From the NCBI GenBank assembly GCA_028534125.1, contig CM052817.1:36272001-36336000 (forward strand): a DNA stretch of 64,000 bases, given 5' to 3'. The notes under the pieces were generated by a model. That model did not search any database and was not told the origin of the DNA. It saw nothing but the letters and a program-made list of their open reading frames with translations. Numbering within the stretch: position 1 is the stretch's first letter; every line of letters starts with the position of its first letter. The position numbers were made by a program, and so were the translations under genes. Positions 1-12,599 of the stretch are shown here, piece after piece. Source of the stretch: Lama glama. Its lineage: Eukaryota.

Positions 1-35
1 AAATATCATTAAATTCCAATGAAAATCACTCTTAC

Positions 36-196
36 CAGCCCTGGCTGAAAGCTGGCCACTATGGGCAGCCCAGTAACCTTTCACGGGAGATGGGCACTTG
101 ACATTACAAGTGTGTCCAGTTCCTAATTGACCTCTCGCTCCACAACCAAATGCATAGATGAGTCCAGAAGAAGGCACGAAGGCTAGGGTATGTTGT
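36..196 (-). CDS. HERC3: HERC3 coding exon 7 (161 nt), end of RCC1-like domain
   Basis: QHTLAFVPSSGLIYAFGCGARGQLGTGHTCNVKCPSPVKGYWAAHSGQLSARA. Acceptor tttttccccag| and donor CTG|gtaaga. Confidence 0.96.
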
Positions 197-680
197 CTGG
201 GGAAAAATTATGTAAGTTAACTCATCAGCATCATTTCTACTGACATGAACGAATATACACCCTGGCTATTTCTGAGTAGAACCCCATCCTTCTCTGACAC
301 CCTAGTTCACCAGTGGGATGGCGAGACTGGAAAAGAGCTGAAGGGACTGCTGCATTTGGGGTGTGTGGGAAGAAGCAGCGTGGACCAGTAAAATTTCCCA
401 GAAGTGCTTTGAGGCGCTTTCACTTTCCTTTGCACGTCTCCCCAACATCGTGCTACTCTTTATCCCCAAACAGGCGTACCAGCCCCATGTTACTCTGCTT
501 CTCTAAAACCCTTCCTTGCCACACCCTGCTCAGATCTGACTCTCCAAACCTTCGCCGTAGGTGCACATGCAATTGGGATGTCTTAAAATGATGGTGGTTG
601 CGTCTAACCGCATTCTCTGTCACTGCAAAGATCCCTTTCTGGGTCTCAGTAGATACGAGGAAGCTCTTAGGAGCACTCAC

Positions 681-811
681 CTGCCACAAGCAATCTGCGT
701 TACTTCACTGCCCATCAGCTCCAGAACTCTTCTCGGATTAACCTCATCATTCATGGAGTCGTGTCCAAGCTGCCCACAGGAACCAGCACCAAAGGTAAAC
801 ACACCTCCACT
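681..811 (-). CDS. HERC3: HERC3 coding exon 6 (131 nt)
   Basis: SGGVFTFGAGSCGQLGHDSMNDEVNPRRVLELMGSEVTQIACG(R). Acceptor ctttgttag| and donor CAG|gtgagt. Confidence 0.97.
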
Positions 812-1151
812 CTAACAAAGAACAAATACCACATGACTGCACTGTACCTCTGAGTTTGGGTACACTCCTCCGAAACCCTCCATATACAAAATTTATATCA
901 CCACTACACTCACCTGATACTTAGCCAAATCACTCCTTTGGAATGTTTGTTAAATAAAAAAATAACAGAAAAGAACTGAAGGCTACATCTTTGTGGAACA
1001 AAGACAGTTCAAGGGGATGTATGCCATCTATAAATGCTGAAAATTATTTAAAAACACAGTGATGTGTTAAGAAGCAACACAAAAAAAAGGAGAAAAAGAT
1101 AGGTGAAATGAGATTAATTTTTCATGATCATTCATACATAGGAAACTAAAT

Positions 1152-1616
1152 TTTTAAAAAAAGCATAAATACATAACATAGACTCATAGACATAGAATAC
1201 AGACTTGTGGTTGCTAAGGGGGTGGGGGTGGGAAAAGATAAGACTGGGATTTCAAAATTGTAGAATAGATAAACAAGATTATACTGTATAGTACAGGGAA
1301 ATATACACAAAACGTTATGGTAGCTCACAGAGAAAAAAATGTGACAATGAGTGTGTATATGTCCATGTATGACTGAAAAACTGTGCTGAACACTGGAATT
1401 TGACATAACATTGTAAAATGATTATAAATCAATAAAAAAGTTTAAAAAAAAGAAAAAAGAAAAGAAAAAAGATCTTATGGTAGCTCACAGAGAAAGGAAT
1501 GTGACAATGAATATATATATGTTCATGTATAATTAAAAAATTGTGCTCTACACTGGAATTTGACACAACATTGTAAAATGATTATAAATCAATAAAAAAT
1601 GTTAAAAAAAAAAAAA
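1152..1616 (+). mobile_element. Two tandem lineage-specific L1 3' ends with poly(A) tails
   Basis: L1 3'UTR motif actcatagacatagaatacagacttgtggttgctaaggg. About 140 nt are duplicated, each copy ending in AATAAA plus an A tail. TSD gaaactaaat at 1142-1151 and 1617-1626. Confidence 0.85.
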
Positions 1617-2002
1617 GAAACTAAATGCTCCAGACTCCTTGGTAAGATTTTTTTAGCAGCTGTACTTGAACAAATGCTAACGTATTTTATTAAAGTGAAT
1701 CTATAATAGTATTTTTGACATGAAAATACATTTTCATTCTCTATGGATAGCAAATAAATAGGTTGATAATTTTAAAACATTATATTGCTCTTTCTTATAT
1801 ATATTTAAATGGCTTGTTTTAAAGGAACACAGAATATTGCTATATATACTATATTTTTAAGGTTATAGATTTTGAACTATTTTTAAACACTATCACTACT
1901 CTCTCTAAAAGACACTATCAAAAATAATCAAGCAATAATCACCCACATCATACCCAGCAACAAAGTGCCACAGAACAAGCCAGAACACTCTGAGTCCCTT
2001 AC

Positions 2003-2094
2003 CTTCGTAAGAACTGCTGTATGCTCTTCTCCACAACTAATATAGACAACTTTTTGTGTTCGTAGAAGCTTCACGTGGCAAGGAGACTCTCGAT
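2003..2094 (-). CDS. HERC3: HERC3 coding exon 5 (92 nt)
   Basis: (D)RESPCHVKLLRTQKVVYISCGEEHTAVLTK. Acceptor cttattctag| and donor AAG|gtaagg. Confidence 0.96.
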
Positions 2095-2159
2095 CTAGAA
2101 TAAGAGAAACACTAGCATGTCACTACCATTTGCCTTGGAGATGAAACATACACAGCTAT

Positions 2160-3025
2160 CAGAGCCTAAATTTTAGGTCCCCCTGGGATTCCTGACTCAC
2201 ATATTCAGCTTCGTGACTGAACCTCCACTTGGATGTCTAATAGACATCTCATTTTTAATATATTTAAAACCTAACTCATGGATTCCCCATACTCCCCAAC
2301 TCTGTCCACTCACCCCCCGCCCCCAAACCCAGATACATACAAAGTTTCCCTCATTTCATAAATACAACTTCATCCTTTCAGCTTTTCCTCTCTTTATTTC
2401 AATCTACAATTCAACAATGAGCAAAATCAACTGGCCCCACCGTCAAAATATATTTGAAACCCATCTTTATTGCCATTGCCTCCAAACTGGTCTTCCAGCT
2501 TCCCCCTGAACCCACTTTAGGCAAAGCCAAATTAGATCACTCTTCTCCCCAAACCTTCAGGTCTTGCTCCTTCACCGAGAGAAGCTGACATCTCACTTTG
2601 CCCTTCAGGGTCCCACGTAACTGGGCCTCCCAACCTCTCTGACCTCCAGCTCTGCTGCTTTTCTCCTGTTCATCCCACATCCCATATCCTACTGCATCAG
2701 AGCCTTTGCACACCCTGTTCCCTTTGACTAGAACATTCTTCGCCCATATTTCTATCAACATAGAAATCTCCTCTCCGATCTGACTTCCTACAGGGTTCTG
2801 CTCAAACTTCTTCTCCGTGGCCACCTTAAGTAAAACAGGAAACTTTCCTCTCAAGCCCCCGACATACTGTATACTTACTGGCTTCCTGTTTGCTTCTGCT
2901 TGCTAGCATGCAATCTCCACTAAGCCAAGGGTATTGTCTGTTTTGGTCCTTTCTGCACCCTTAGTGCCAACACGGGGCCAGCACATAAAAGATCTTCAAG
3001 AAGCATGTATATCAAACAAATGAAG
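2160..3025 (+). mobile_element. L2 fragment
   Basis: L2-type motif ctccacttggatgtctaatagacatctc and a degenerate L2 3' end. Confidence 0.7.
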
Positions 3026-3042
3026 TTAAGAGGTACACATGA

Positions 3043-3294
3043 GGGAGGGTATAGTTCAGTGGTAGAGTGCATGCTTAGCATGCACAAGGTCCTGGGTTCA
3101 ATCCCTAGTACTTCCATTTAAAAAATAAATAAATATAGAAGGGACTGGGCATAGCTCAGTAGTAGAGCCCATGCTTAGCATGAGCTAGGTCTAGGGTTCA
3201 GACCCAGTACCTCCATTAAAAAAAATACTAAAATAAAATAAATATATAAACCTAACTACCTCCCTCCCAACAATAAATTTTTAAAGAAAAATTA
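3043..3294 (+). mobile_element. Nested pair of tRNA-derived SINEs (camelid vic-1-like)
   Basis: Two heads with A box (tagYtcagtRgtagag) and B box (ggttcaatcc-like), A-rich tails, and outer TSD gtacacatga at 3033-3042 and 3295-3304. Confidence 0.85.
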
Positions 3295-3317
3295 GTACAC
3301 ATGAAGAGTTTACCTAC

Positions 3318-3539
3318 CTTCCTCATCACTGAGCCCTAGCTGTCCTGCATTATTCATCCCCCAGCCAAAAACAGCTCCTGAGAGAGACAGGGCAAAGCTG
3401 TGGGCCCCTCCTGCAGCCACCTGCGCCAGTGGGATCCCCTCCAGGGACCTCACCCTCTGCGGGCTGGCCTGGGAGGGGAACTCCTTTCCCAGGCCCAGCT
3501 GCCCATGGCTGTTCTTCCCCCATGTGAAGAACTGACCAT
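3318..3539 (-). CDS. HERC3: HERC3 coding exon 4 (222 nt), RCC1 repeats
   Basis: (D)[73 protein letters not shown]. Acceptor ctcatttcag| and donor AAG|gtaggt. Confidence 0.97.
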
Positions 3540-4389
3540 CTGAAATGAGAACAGGGTAACTGGTATTACCAAAAGCATACAAGTTCCACCCACAAGAATA
3601 ACCTTGTTATTTTAGAGTCATTCAGCAGGCTCACCCACTAGTTGCTCAGCCCCCAACACACATATGCCCACCACCCAAAGCAAGGGAGCAGACACACGTC
3701 ACACTGGAAGACTCCCACAACTAGAAGTCCCACTGTCAGGACAACAGAGAGACAAGCTGCAGTTTATCACCCTTCAAAGGCTGTGAACATTTATGTAAAG
3801 AAAAAATTAAATACTAAAGTCAGTTCAGTTTTGAATATGCCAATTACCAGGCTTAGATATCCACTGAGCAAGGTGAACTAGTTCTGACCACACCAAGACC
3901 ACGAGAGCCCCAGGACTTGGTGGGATCCAGCCATGACCTGGACCACCCCACAGAGAATCAAGCAGGACACGTTTGTGCTGACTTTCTCCCAGATACAATC
4001 TGCCAGAATACAGCATTATCTGCTGTCTTAGGTTTTTCTTACTCCTCCTTTTTTATTTGGGAGCTTCATGGTAGAATATAACTCGATAGTGAGCTGTAGC
4101 TAACAAAAACCAATTTTCTGCTCAAGAACATTGAACTACAGTCCTGCCTCCGCTCATCCCCCCAAGAGAAAGGTGGAGCAGCAATAATGACCACCTCCAT
4201 CACCATCCACACCCTGAGGAAAGTATGAGCTACATAAAGACTGTCTGAGAACTGCCGCTGCCTAACAGCAATGTGCAGACCCTAACTAGTTAGTCAAAGG
4301 TATCCAGTTAGATAACATCACACAAAAATGCAAAGAGAAATGATTTCCAAATTAACATAACATTAACATATATTTTAACATTACATTAC

Positions 4390-4466
4390 CAGCTGCAAGA
4401 GCCAAGCAATGCCAGTTGCCACAGGAAACTTGTAATATTGTCTGCTGGTTCAGCTTTTGTATTAAC
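4390..4466 (-). CDS. HERC3: HERC3 coding exon 3 (77 nt)
   Basis: LIQKLNQQTILQVSCGNWHCLALAA. Acceptor ctgttttag| and donor CTG|gtaatg. Confidence 0.96.
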
Positions 4467-4829
4467 CTAAAACAGAAAAGGCTTTCCTCTTAAGAAGGGC
4501 ATTCACAAACAATGATCAGAAATATTCCTGACCAAATAACACAGTTGTAATAAAGTACATCTTTCACAAAAGACTTTTGAAAATCAAATATATAATCTTG
4601 CGTGATATAATTCTATTAGGTCTTTCACTGACCTCCTGCTTCTTAGGTAGTTACTGTTTTTACAAACTAAATAATAAACAACTTATTCTGCACTTAAAAC
4701 CATCAGCATTGCCATAACCCTCTGTTAATTACCACCTTACCATCTCCAATTCTAGGACAAAAGGAGTGAACTACAGAAAAGAGACGACTAAGAACATAGC
4801 TGGTGTCTAAATGGCTTTCAAATGAGGGC

Positions 4830-5095
4830 AATGCCACGATCCAGTAACCCCACTTCTGGGTATAAATCCAAAAGAACTGCAAGCAGGGTCCCAACGAGAT
4901 ATGTGTACACCCACGTTGAGAGGAGAAATGGGCAGTTGTCCTTAAATGAGTTCAGAGTTAAATTTCTGCAAGATAAAAAGCTTCTGGAGATTGGTTACGC
5001 AACAGTGAGAGTATACTTAACATTACTGAACAGTACACTTAAAAATGGTTTAGATGATAAATGTTATGAGTATTTTATGAACATTTTAAAAAATT
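4830..5095 (+). mobile_element. Old L1 (L1MA/MB-like) 3' fragment
   Basis: ccagtaaccccacttctgggtataaatccaaaagaa and actgaacagtacacttaaaaatggtt. Confidence 0.7.
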
Positions 5096-5554
5096 ATTAA
5101 CGGCAATGCCTCCAAACCTCTGATTCCCTAGGATGGTAATGAGGACGATCAGATTATAACTTTTCAAATCCTGCTTCTCTGCTTGTTCATGTGAAAGACA
5201 GAGATAAGAACAGTACCTATTCATAGGGTTGTGGTGAGAATTAAATGAAAAAAATCCACGCTTGGTGCAGCCCAGCAGAGCTGGACAGCCTGCGAATATC
5301 TCCTGCTCCCTGTTTTAACAATTCACAAGTTGCCGTGTTCCTCTTCATTAAGTGTATGCCATGGGAGCTAAGGGTCAGATAAGGCCAGCTCCAGGGAGAG
5401 GGGCATTTTAGAAAACAGACGTCCAAGAGGGGAAGAAGGGTTATTTAGAGTGATAGGCAGATGTTGCTTTTGTTATGGTTTATCTTCTCAGATATAAAAT
5501 GTTTATAAAATAGAGTTCACATGTGCGTTTAGTACCAAATAGAGCCCAACTAAT

Positions 5555-6040
5555 TTTTTTAGATAATTGTAGGTTCAAACGCAGTTAAGGAAAAATAACA
5601 GAGATCTCTTGTATACTTTGTCCAGTTTCCCCCAATGATGACATTTGCAAAACTATAGTATAATATTATAACAAGGATATGACATTAGTACAACCTACCA
5701 ATATTATTCATATTTCCTCAGTTTTATTTGTACTCATTTCTGTGTATGTATTGTTTTTTATCACGTGTATAGGTTCATGTAGCCACCACTACAGTCAAGA
5801 CACTCTATGGTTCCAACAGCACAAGGATTCCTCATGCTGTACTTTTACAACCACTCCTCCCCGCCCCTATTCATAGCCCCTGGCAACCACTAACCTATCC
5901 TCCATTTCCAAAATTTTGTCATTTCAAGAATGTTATATAAATGGAATGATATAGGAGGTAATTGTTTAGGATTGGCTTCTTTTTCACTCAGAATAATTCC
6001 CTGGACATTTGTCCAAACTGCTGCATGTATCAACAGCTAA
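5555..6040 (-). mobile_element. Old L1 (L1MC-like) 3' fragment
   Basis: cccctggcaaccactaacctatcctccatttc...tcaagaatgttatataaatggaat, the antisense L1 3'UTR pattern. Confidence 0.7.
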
Positions 6041-7912
6041 TAGAACCCACTATTTTTTTTAATTGGAACATGTAATACTGCCTTAGGGACCAATGTTTCA
6101 GAACCTTGATGCAGCAATTTGGACGAATGTCCTTTTTCTTGGCCAGATTCCACTCAAATTCCCCACAATTCTCCCTTCATGGGTCACTACTACTCTTGTC
6201 ACAACCTTCACCATCACAGTTATAAAAAAGAATCAGGTCAAAAGGACAAGATAAATAATAAGAAATTAAACCCTTGAGGTGGAGAAAAGGGGAGATACCT
6301 ATACATATAGCGCAAGCATATACTGTGTTTTACCTACTCATCCATCCTCCCAAAAACTTTGTAAAGGTTCATAGTACTACGTAACTCCATTTTTAAGTTA
6401 GGAAACCAAGGTTTAGATAAGTTAAACAATTTGCCCAAGGTCACTCATCTACTAAGTAATAGTATTGGAATCTGAAGCTGCATGACTTCAAAACTATGTT
6501 ACTTTCCACAGTATTAAGGTATGAATTAATGAATTTATTTCAATTAAGTTATAATATAAAATTATATACAAACTAAAGCCTCAGAAGTCACCCATAATTT
6601 AGACATGACTAATGAAAATAATTATAAATTGCTACTCTAACACAGATTACTTCATTTTTAGAAATGAAATGCTACTAAAAAGCTTTACTTGAGTCTTCGG
6701 TCATCAACAAATAAAATGCTTTTGTCATTAATATTATAAATCTTTTCCTTAATATTACACACAATTTCATTAATATACAGCATCTCCCTTCTTCCTTTTA
6801 ATTTCCGCTCTCCCTCTTCCCCAAAATTAAATTTACTTTTGGAAGTAATGAATCCAAGACATTACCTGTTCTAAACCAGGAAATGAACCAAATCACTCTT
6901 ACCTCCATGTTCCTCTTTTCCTTAAAACGTTTGATTAAAGAGACAAAAATCTAAGAAGGACAAAAATGAAGAGGAAAAAGAAAGTACTGTCCTTTGAAAG
7001 GGACAAGAATTGGGTGGGGGAGGAGAGGTCATTTATTCAGCAGACTGGTACTGAGCAGTGCATGTGCTGGGACACTCTTAGAAGTGGTGATGCTAACATG
7101 AGTAATCTAGGTCTCCTGGCATCAGGAGCTCCCAGCTTTGTACCAAAGATATTTATTCAATAAACAATTACAAAGAATGTGACAAGTACTGCAATAGGGA
7201 AATGCTGTACATTTGTAGTAAAAAGGAACAGGAACTAAATGAAGGAAGTAAGCCAGTGGCCTCTTTGATCATTAAGGACCCTCAACAAACAGAGATGTCA
7301 TCCCAAAAAATCCACTTAAAAGTAACTTCCACATTTTAGACATTTTCTTAGTGATGAAGCTAACCATCTACTACATCTCTGTATAGATATTTAGTAACAG
7401 TAAATATGTTTGATATTTAGCCAAATCATCTAAGATTTGGAATTAAATAAGAGATTAAAAATCATTGTATTAGTCCTTTTGTGTTAAAGAACTTATGTAT
7501 ATTGAGTATTTTAGCTGTTGGTACTACTGTTTAAGATAATTTGGCCTATAACAGGTCAGCCTTGCGATCCTAGTTTAAAGTTCTTAACGAGTAACTGATT
7601 TAGGCTTACAATTTTAGGTTAAAGGTTAACAAGTCCCGCATGTGAAAGAATATTTTTTTATTCTAACATTTACTGAGTTCCAAGCACTTGATTAGAAACT
7701 AGGTGGCTTGAATAAATAAAGTGCAGTTCCTGAACAACGCATAGTTTTTAACTGGAGAAAGACACTTCTATAAATAATTAGAATTTTTGTGACAAGTGTC
7801 ATAACAGTAGAAGGCAGGGCAGGGACACGATGGCAACAGCAATTAAAACAAAACAAGGAGTCTGGCGAAGAAACTAGCAGGAAATAACAATTACAGTAAC
7901 CGACACTCTCAC

Positions 7913-8072
7913 CTGGGCACTGCTACAGAGTCTTCGGTGGTCATGAGCCCTAGTTGGCCATCACTCCCCGCACCCCAAGAAAACAGCTGGCCCCGGTCAC
8001 TGAGGGCCAGGCTGTGGGACTCGCCACACGCCACATGCACGATGTGTTGATCTGCCAAAGCTCCAATTTGCT
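7913..8072 (-). CDS. HERC3: HERC3 coding exon 2 (160 nt), RCC1 repeat
   Basis: (E)QIGALADQHIVHVACGESHSLALSDRGQLFSWGAGSDGQLGLMTTEDSVAVP(R). T-rich acceptor ttcccag| and donor CAG|gtgaga. Phase matches the neighbouring exons. Confidence 0.97.
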
Positions 8073-8559
8073 CTGGGAAGAAAAAAAAAAAAAAGGAGGA
8101 AAATGAAAGCCCAGAAACGAGAAATACACAGAATTAGCTTCCTAGGCAGTTTAGTTTTTCCAAAGCAAACCACTATAAATGTATATTTATAGAGATTATA
8201 AATTTTATATGTTTCTAAAAGTTATCAATTTAGATGCCAGCTGCACCGGGTAGCAGAGACACCTGCAGCAGCGCACACAACCCAACGTTCCTCGCGTGCC
8301 TGGTGCTTCTCTCCCAAGAGAAGCCTGAAGGTTCACTATTTGGAGATGTGGAACCAGAGAGGCTCAAATGGGAGTGGGAGTGGGAGTGAGGTGTATTACT
8401 AAAGCAGTGGGACTGAGTGAAATTCTGCCTTCCCAAGTCCTCCCTCCCCAATCCAGAAAAATGCCATTCTCCCCTCAGTCTCAGGACACAGCTCTGAGAA
8501 AACTGGCCCAAAAGAAAAGACTCATAGCTGCTAACATTTATGGGTCCCCCAATGAACGT

Positions 8560-10100
8560 CCAGCTTCCCGCTAATTAACAAGACTTGCCCACACACAGCT
8601 CTACTGGCATTTCAGTGCTTCACTCTTAAATATAGAAGGCTGGCCAAGGGTCATCAGATATGTGAGGAAACTTCAACATAAAAGAGCAAAACAAATGGAA
8701 GAAAAGGATCTCTGAAGGAAATGATCATGCAGGGAATAGAAAAAAAAAGAATTTAAGTTATTAGAGGAATAAAATAAGACAAGAAACAAACATTCAGAAA
8801 ATGAACAAAATTATCTTAGAAAATGAAAACATGACAATATAAATTTAAAGGAAAAACATTCAAAAGCAGAGAGGAAATAAGAATTAAAATTTTCTAAGAA
8901 ATAGAACAAAAAAGGCAAAGAGCAAAACAGATGAGAAAAAAGAGAAAGTAATGAGGGAATTATTCCAAGAGGCCTAACAATGAAAAAAATAATAGTAATT
9001 CCAAAAAGAGAAGGGAAGAAACACAAAGTAGAAAATTTCAAACAAGAAAAACAAGAACATTTCTCATAACTAAAGGACAAGAGTTTCACATTGAAAGGAA
9101 ATATTAAAAGCTCAGAATAATGACAGATTAAAAACCTACTTCAGAGCACCTCAGCTTGAAATTTCAGAACATCAAAAAAGATTCTAAAAGTTTCTAGAAA
9201 GGAAAAATCAGTTTATATACAACAGAACTGAGATCAGAATGGCATCATATTTCTCAGAAGCAGCACTGCAAACTAGAAGACAATGGACCAGTGCCTTCAC
9301 AATTCTGAAGGACAGTGACATCCAACTAAGAATTCCATATCAAGCCAACCATGAATCAAATGAGAGGGGGGAAAAAAGAACAATTTTCAAGGATATAAGG
9401 CTCTCAAAATATTTTACCTCCCATGCTGTCTTTCTCAGTCAGTTACATAAGCTCATGCCTCCAAAACAAAGGAAGACCAGGAAACAGGAATCCAGGATCC
9501 AGGAAGGATCCAGGAAACAGGAATCTTACACAGGAAGAGATGAAGAATATTTCCAAGACAGCTGTGGAGCAGCCTTATGAAGTAAATTGGAGGGATGTCT
9601 CCAAAGTGAAAAATGGAATACAGTCTGATGAGTTTACATTATTATGAGTTTTACAGTTCTGCCAGAGAATAGGGATTACTATGCAAGTGAAAAAAGTGAA
9701 GTAATTAATTTCAGGAAACACTAAATGTTTTGTAGGAAATAAGAGCAGTCATGGTATATAAAGTCATAATGCCCAAGTAAATATAATTTACATGGTTAAA
9801 ACTTAATTGATTTATAAAGAAACTATTTGGAGAAAACTGAGCATCTGGAGGGAAGAGCAAAAGGTGGGTGGAGAATGTAACAGCATGCTCGTCTTCCCCA
9901 GTGTGAAGTCTCCAGGTTATGTTCAATATTGAAAAAAATCAAGAAATAGCATTATAAGCTTGTCATTTAGAAATACAAAGGTAAACACCAAAAGAAAGAA
10001 CTAAAGAATTCAAAGTGATGGCCTCTGCAGGTGAGACTCAAGAATGGGGCCAGGTGAGGCAGGGAGTTGCTATTTGATTTAAACAGTTTGATAACTATCA
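8560..10100 (+). mobile_element. Degenerate ancient L1 (ORF1 region; L1ME/HAL1-like)
   Basis: A-rich sequence with gatcagaatggcatcatatttctcagaagcagcactgcaaactagaagacaatggaccagtgccttcacaattctgaagg, resembling the L1 ORF1 C-terminal region. Confidence 0.65.
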
Positions 10101-12599
10101 CTAAAAAGGAAAAAAACTTTTTAAAACGTAAGCAGCTGAAAATATGCTCATGTCAGAGAAATCTCCTAGATGATGCTGTAACTCCTGCCATCCCCATGTT
10201 AAAGGGCTCCTTTAACCTCTACTCGCCATTAGAGCCAGACTCCCAACTCAGCTTTGCCCCACACTCTAAGAACAGTCCTGTCCTTATGGAAAAACTAAGG
10301 AACGCCTGCCAAAGCTGCTCAGGTAAAACTGACTTTTACTCCTCTGACCAAATTTCCACCTTGTACCGTCATTCTCGGACTTGGGCAGCTTCTATGTTCT
10401 CCTGGGCCTGGGTGCCTGGCCCGAGACCTCAGCCAGGACTAAGACCTGCCCCCCAATACCTGACCTCCTATGCCAACCATAAGCCTTTCCTGCCTCGATG
10501 TCAAGTGTACAGCCTCATGTGACACTAGGAAGTTCCTCCACGGTTTCATAGGACACTATCTGATCCTTACCTCAAAATCTGTCAATAGCTTCCCTCTTGA
10601 CCTCGTTTACCACAGCTAAGTCGTGTCAAAAGGGCATGTCTAGATCCCCAGTTACCATCTACCCCCAGTATGGTCAAGCCCTAGGCAAACCAATTCCTGT
10701 CCCATCACATACCAGCCACCAGAACAGACATGGAACCACCATCACCACCACATCACAACTTGCAGCCCGGAAGGCTGAGGTACTGTTCAGTAATGATGAG
10801 ATTTGTGGAAAATCAAATCAAAGGTTGTCCCAAGTCCAACTTAATTTCATTTCTTCCAGCCAGAAAACTGAGCTCATCTGATTCAACTAGGGATCTGTTA
10901 CAGGGAAATTTTAATCCCCCTTCAAGAATCTACTCCCCGAGGGAGGGCCAATGAGCCAAGGAATGCTTCATTCACACCTCTCCCTGAACACACCCCTGCC
11001 CCAGCTGGGAACATTCAGGCTGCAGTGTACATTTTCACAGGCAGTCTCTGCTGATTCATTCTGTCAAGACTACACACTATATTTTGCAGATTATGACAGA
11101 ACCTCAACCCACGCATTAAAATAATTAAACACTGGGGAAATATTTGGGTTTTTTTTTTTGAGGATAAAAGTATAATTTCTCTCTGAATCTCTCACAGCAA
11201 CACTTTAAGATCTTTAGAAGTCTTTAGCATTGTTATCAACTTTGAATGAGCCAAGGTAATAGGGCAGAACAGTGGCAAATGTGGAATGCTGCTTAGAGCA
11301 AGTCAGCAGTTCAATTGCACTTACATTATTAGGGTCACTGCTATGTGGCTTTTAAGCCCATCATAATTTTTTTAATGTATTTTCAAGTTAATAGTAAGCT
11401 GGGCATTAAACCACCCCAGGGTGGTAGCAGAGAAGGATGAGACAGGAGGGAAGATGGATGTGGCTGATATGAACCTAATCCTTGCAACAACCCTATAAGG
11501 TAACAGCTCTAGAATAAGCCCCAGCAGAGAAAAAGTATGTAATTTGGCCAAGGCTCACCACTAGTGAGTGGTGGAGCTAGGACTAAAGCCTAGGTATTTC
11601 TGACTTCAAAGCCCTTTATACACACAAGGCTGTATCATCTCCCCTCATGGAAAGGGACTAGGCAGATCTTAAACTGGTAAAAGGAACTATCAAGTGAGGA
11701 GTCTAGTTATGGATAATGGAAAATGGACTCTTCCCTCTTATTGTCTGTTCAGATGAGAAATATACCCAATAGTTTGCAGTTAACAACAAGAGCAGCTGGG
11801 TGGAAAATACACCAAATAAACAAAATTAGTGATCAATATTTGGTACTAAATTCTTAATAAAACTAAAATAAAGCAAATGAAATGTCAGTGGTTAGTATGA
11901 CAAAAGATTAAACTTTCATCACTCAGATGACTCCTTTCTGAGTTTCCCCAAATTGTCTACTCTAAGATTACTCTTTTTTTTTTTAATAGTAGAAAACAAA
12001 AGACAGAGCCATACTGCAGGAAATTCAGCACTTTGTGCTGCCATTCTGTGGATTCCACATCCTCACGTTCTTATCAACCCTGACTTTCATTTCCCATTGA
12101 ATCCCACCCTAGTTTACATCTCACCTCCTACTGTTACACTCTGCTCTCCCCAGGCAGGTTTTCTCTAAAGTACTATCAATCTAGTCTGAGGGGTACAGCA
12201 GACTTTTACTAAAGGTTTGAGGTGATGGAAATAAACTTGAGCTCAGCAAACCACTGAAAACAGAATATAACCCAAGTTTCCCTGCAGATCCCAACAAAGA
12301 GAATTTCCTAGTGCCCAACTTTCCTTCTGGGATTACCTGGCCTCCCACCACATGGCGAGAATCTCCCTCATTTTCTTTGCTTCTGTGTCTGAAAGGTCGT
12401 ATTCCTAAGCCATATTCCAACTACTTTCTTATTTTCATCTAAACACTCCAGGGGATCTGGACTATGCTTGGTGGTATCTCAACCCTTTAACACAACTGAC
12501 TTTAAAGTGACCGCCCCCTCCCGAGAGTTACTTCCATTGAAAGAATTCTACCTTGTTCCTGACCCAAAGCATTGGAACCAGGGTCAGCTTTAAAAAAAT

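Noticed and set aside
3043..3215. tRNA-like sequences with A/B boxes, here and at the other SINE copies
   Set aside because: These are SINE heads with A-rich tails and TSDs and no intact cloverleaf, so they are not tRNA genes.
9477..9525. Local duplication ccaggaaacaggaatc (9477-9492 and 9510-9525) with a ggatccagga spacer
   Set aside because: Small slippage duplication inside a decayed L1. It has only two units and is not an array or CRISPR.
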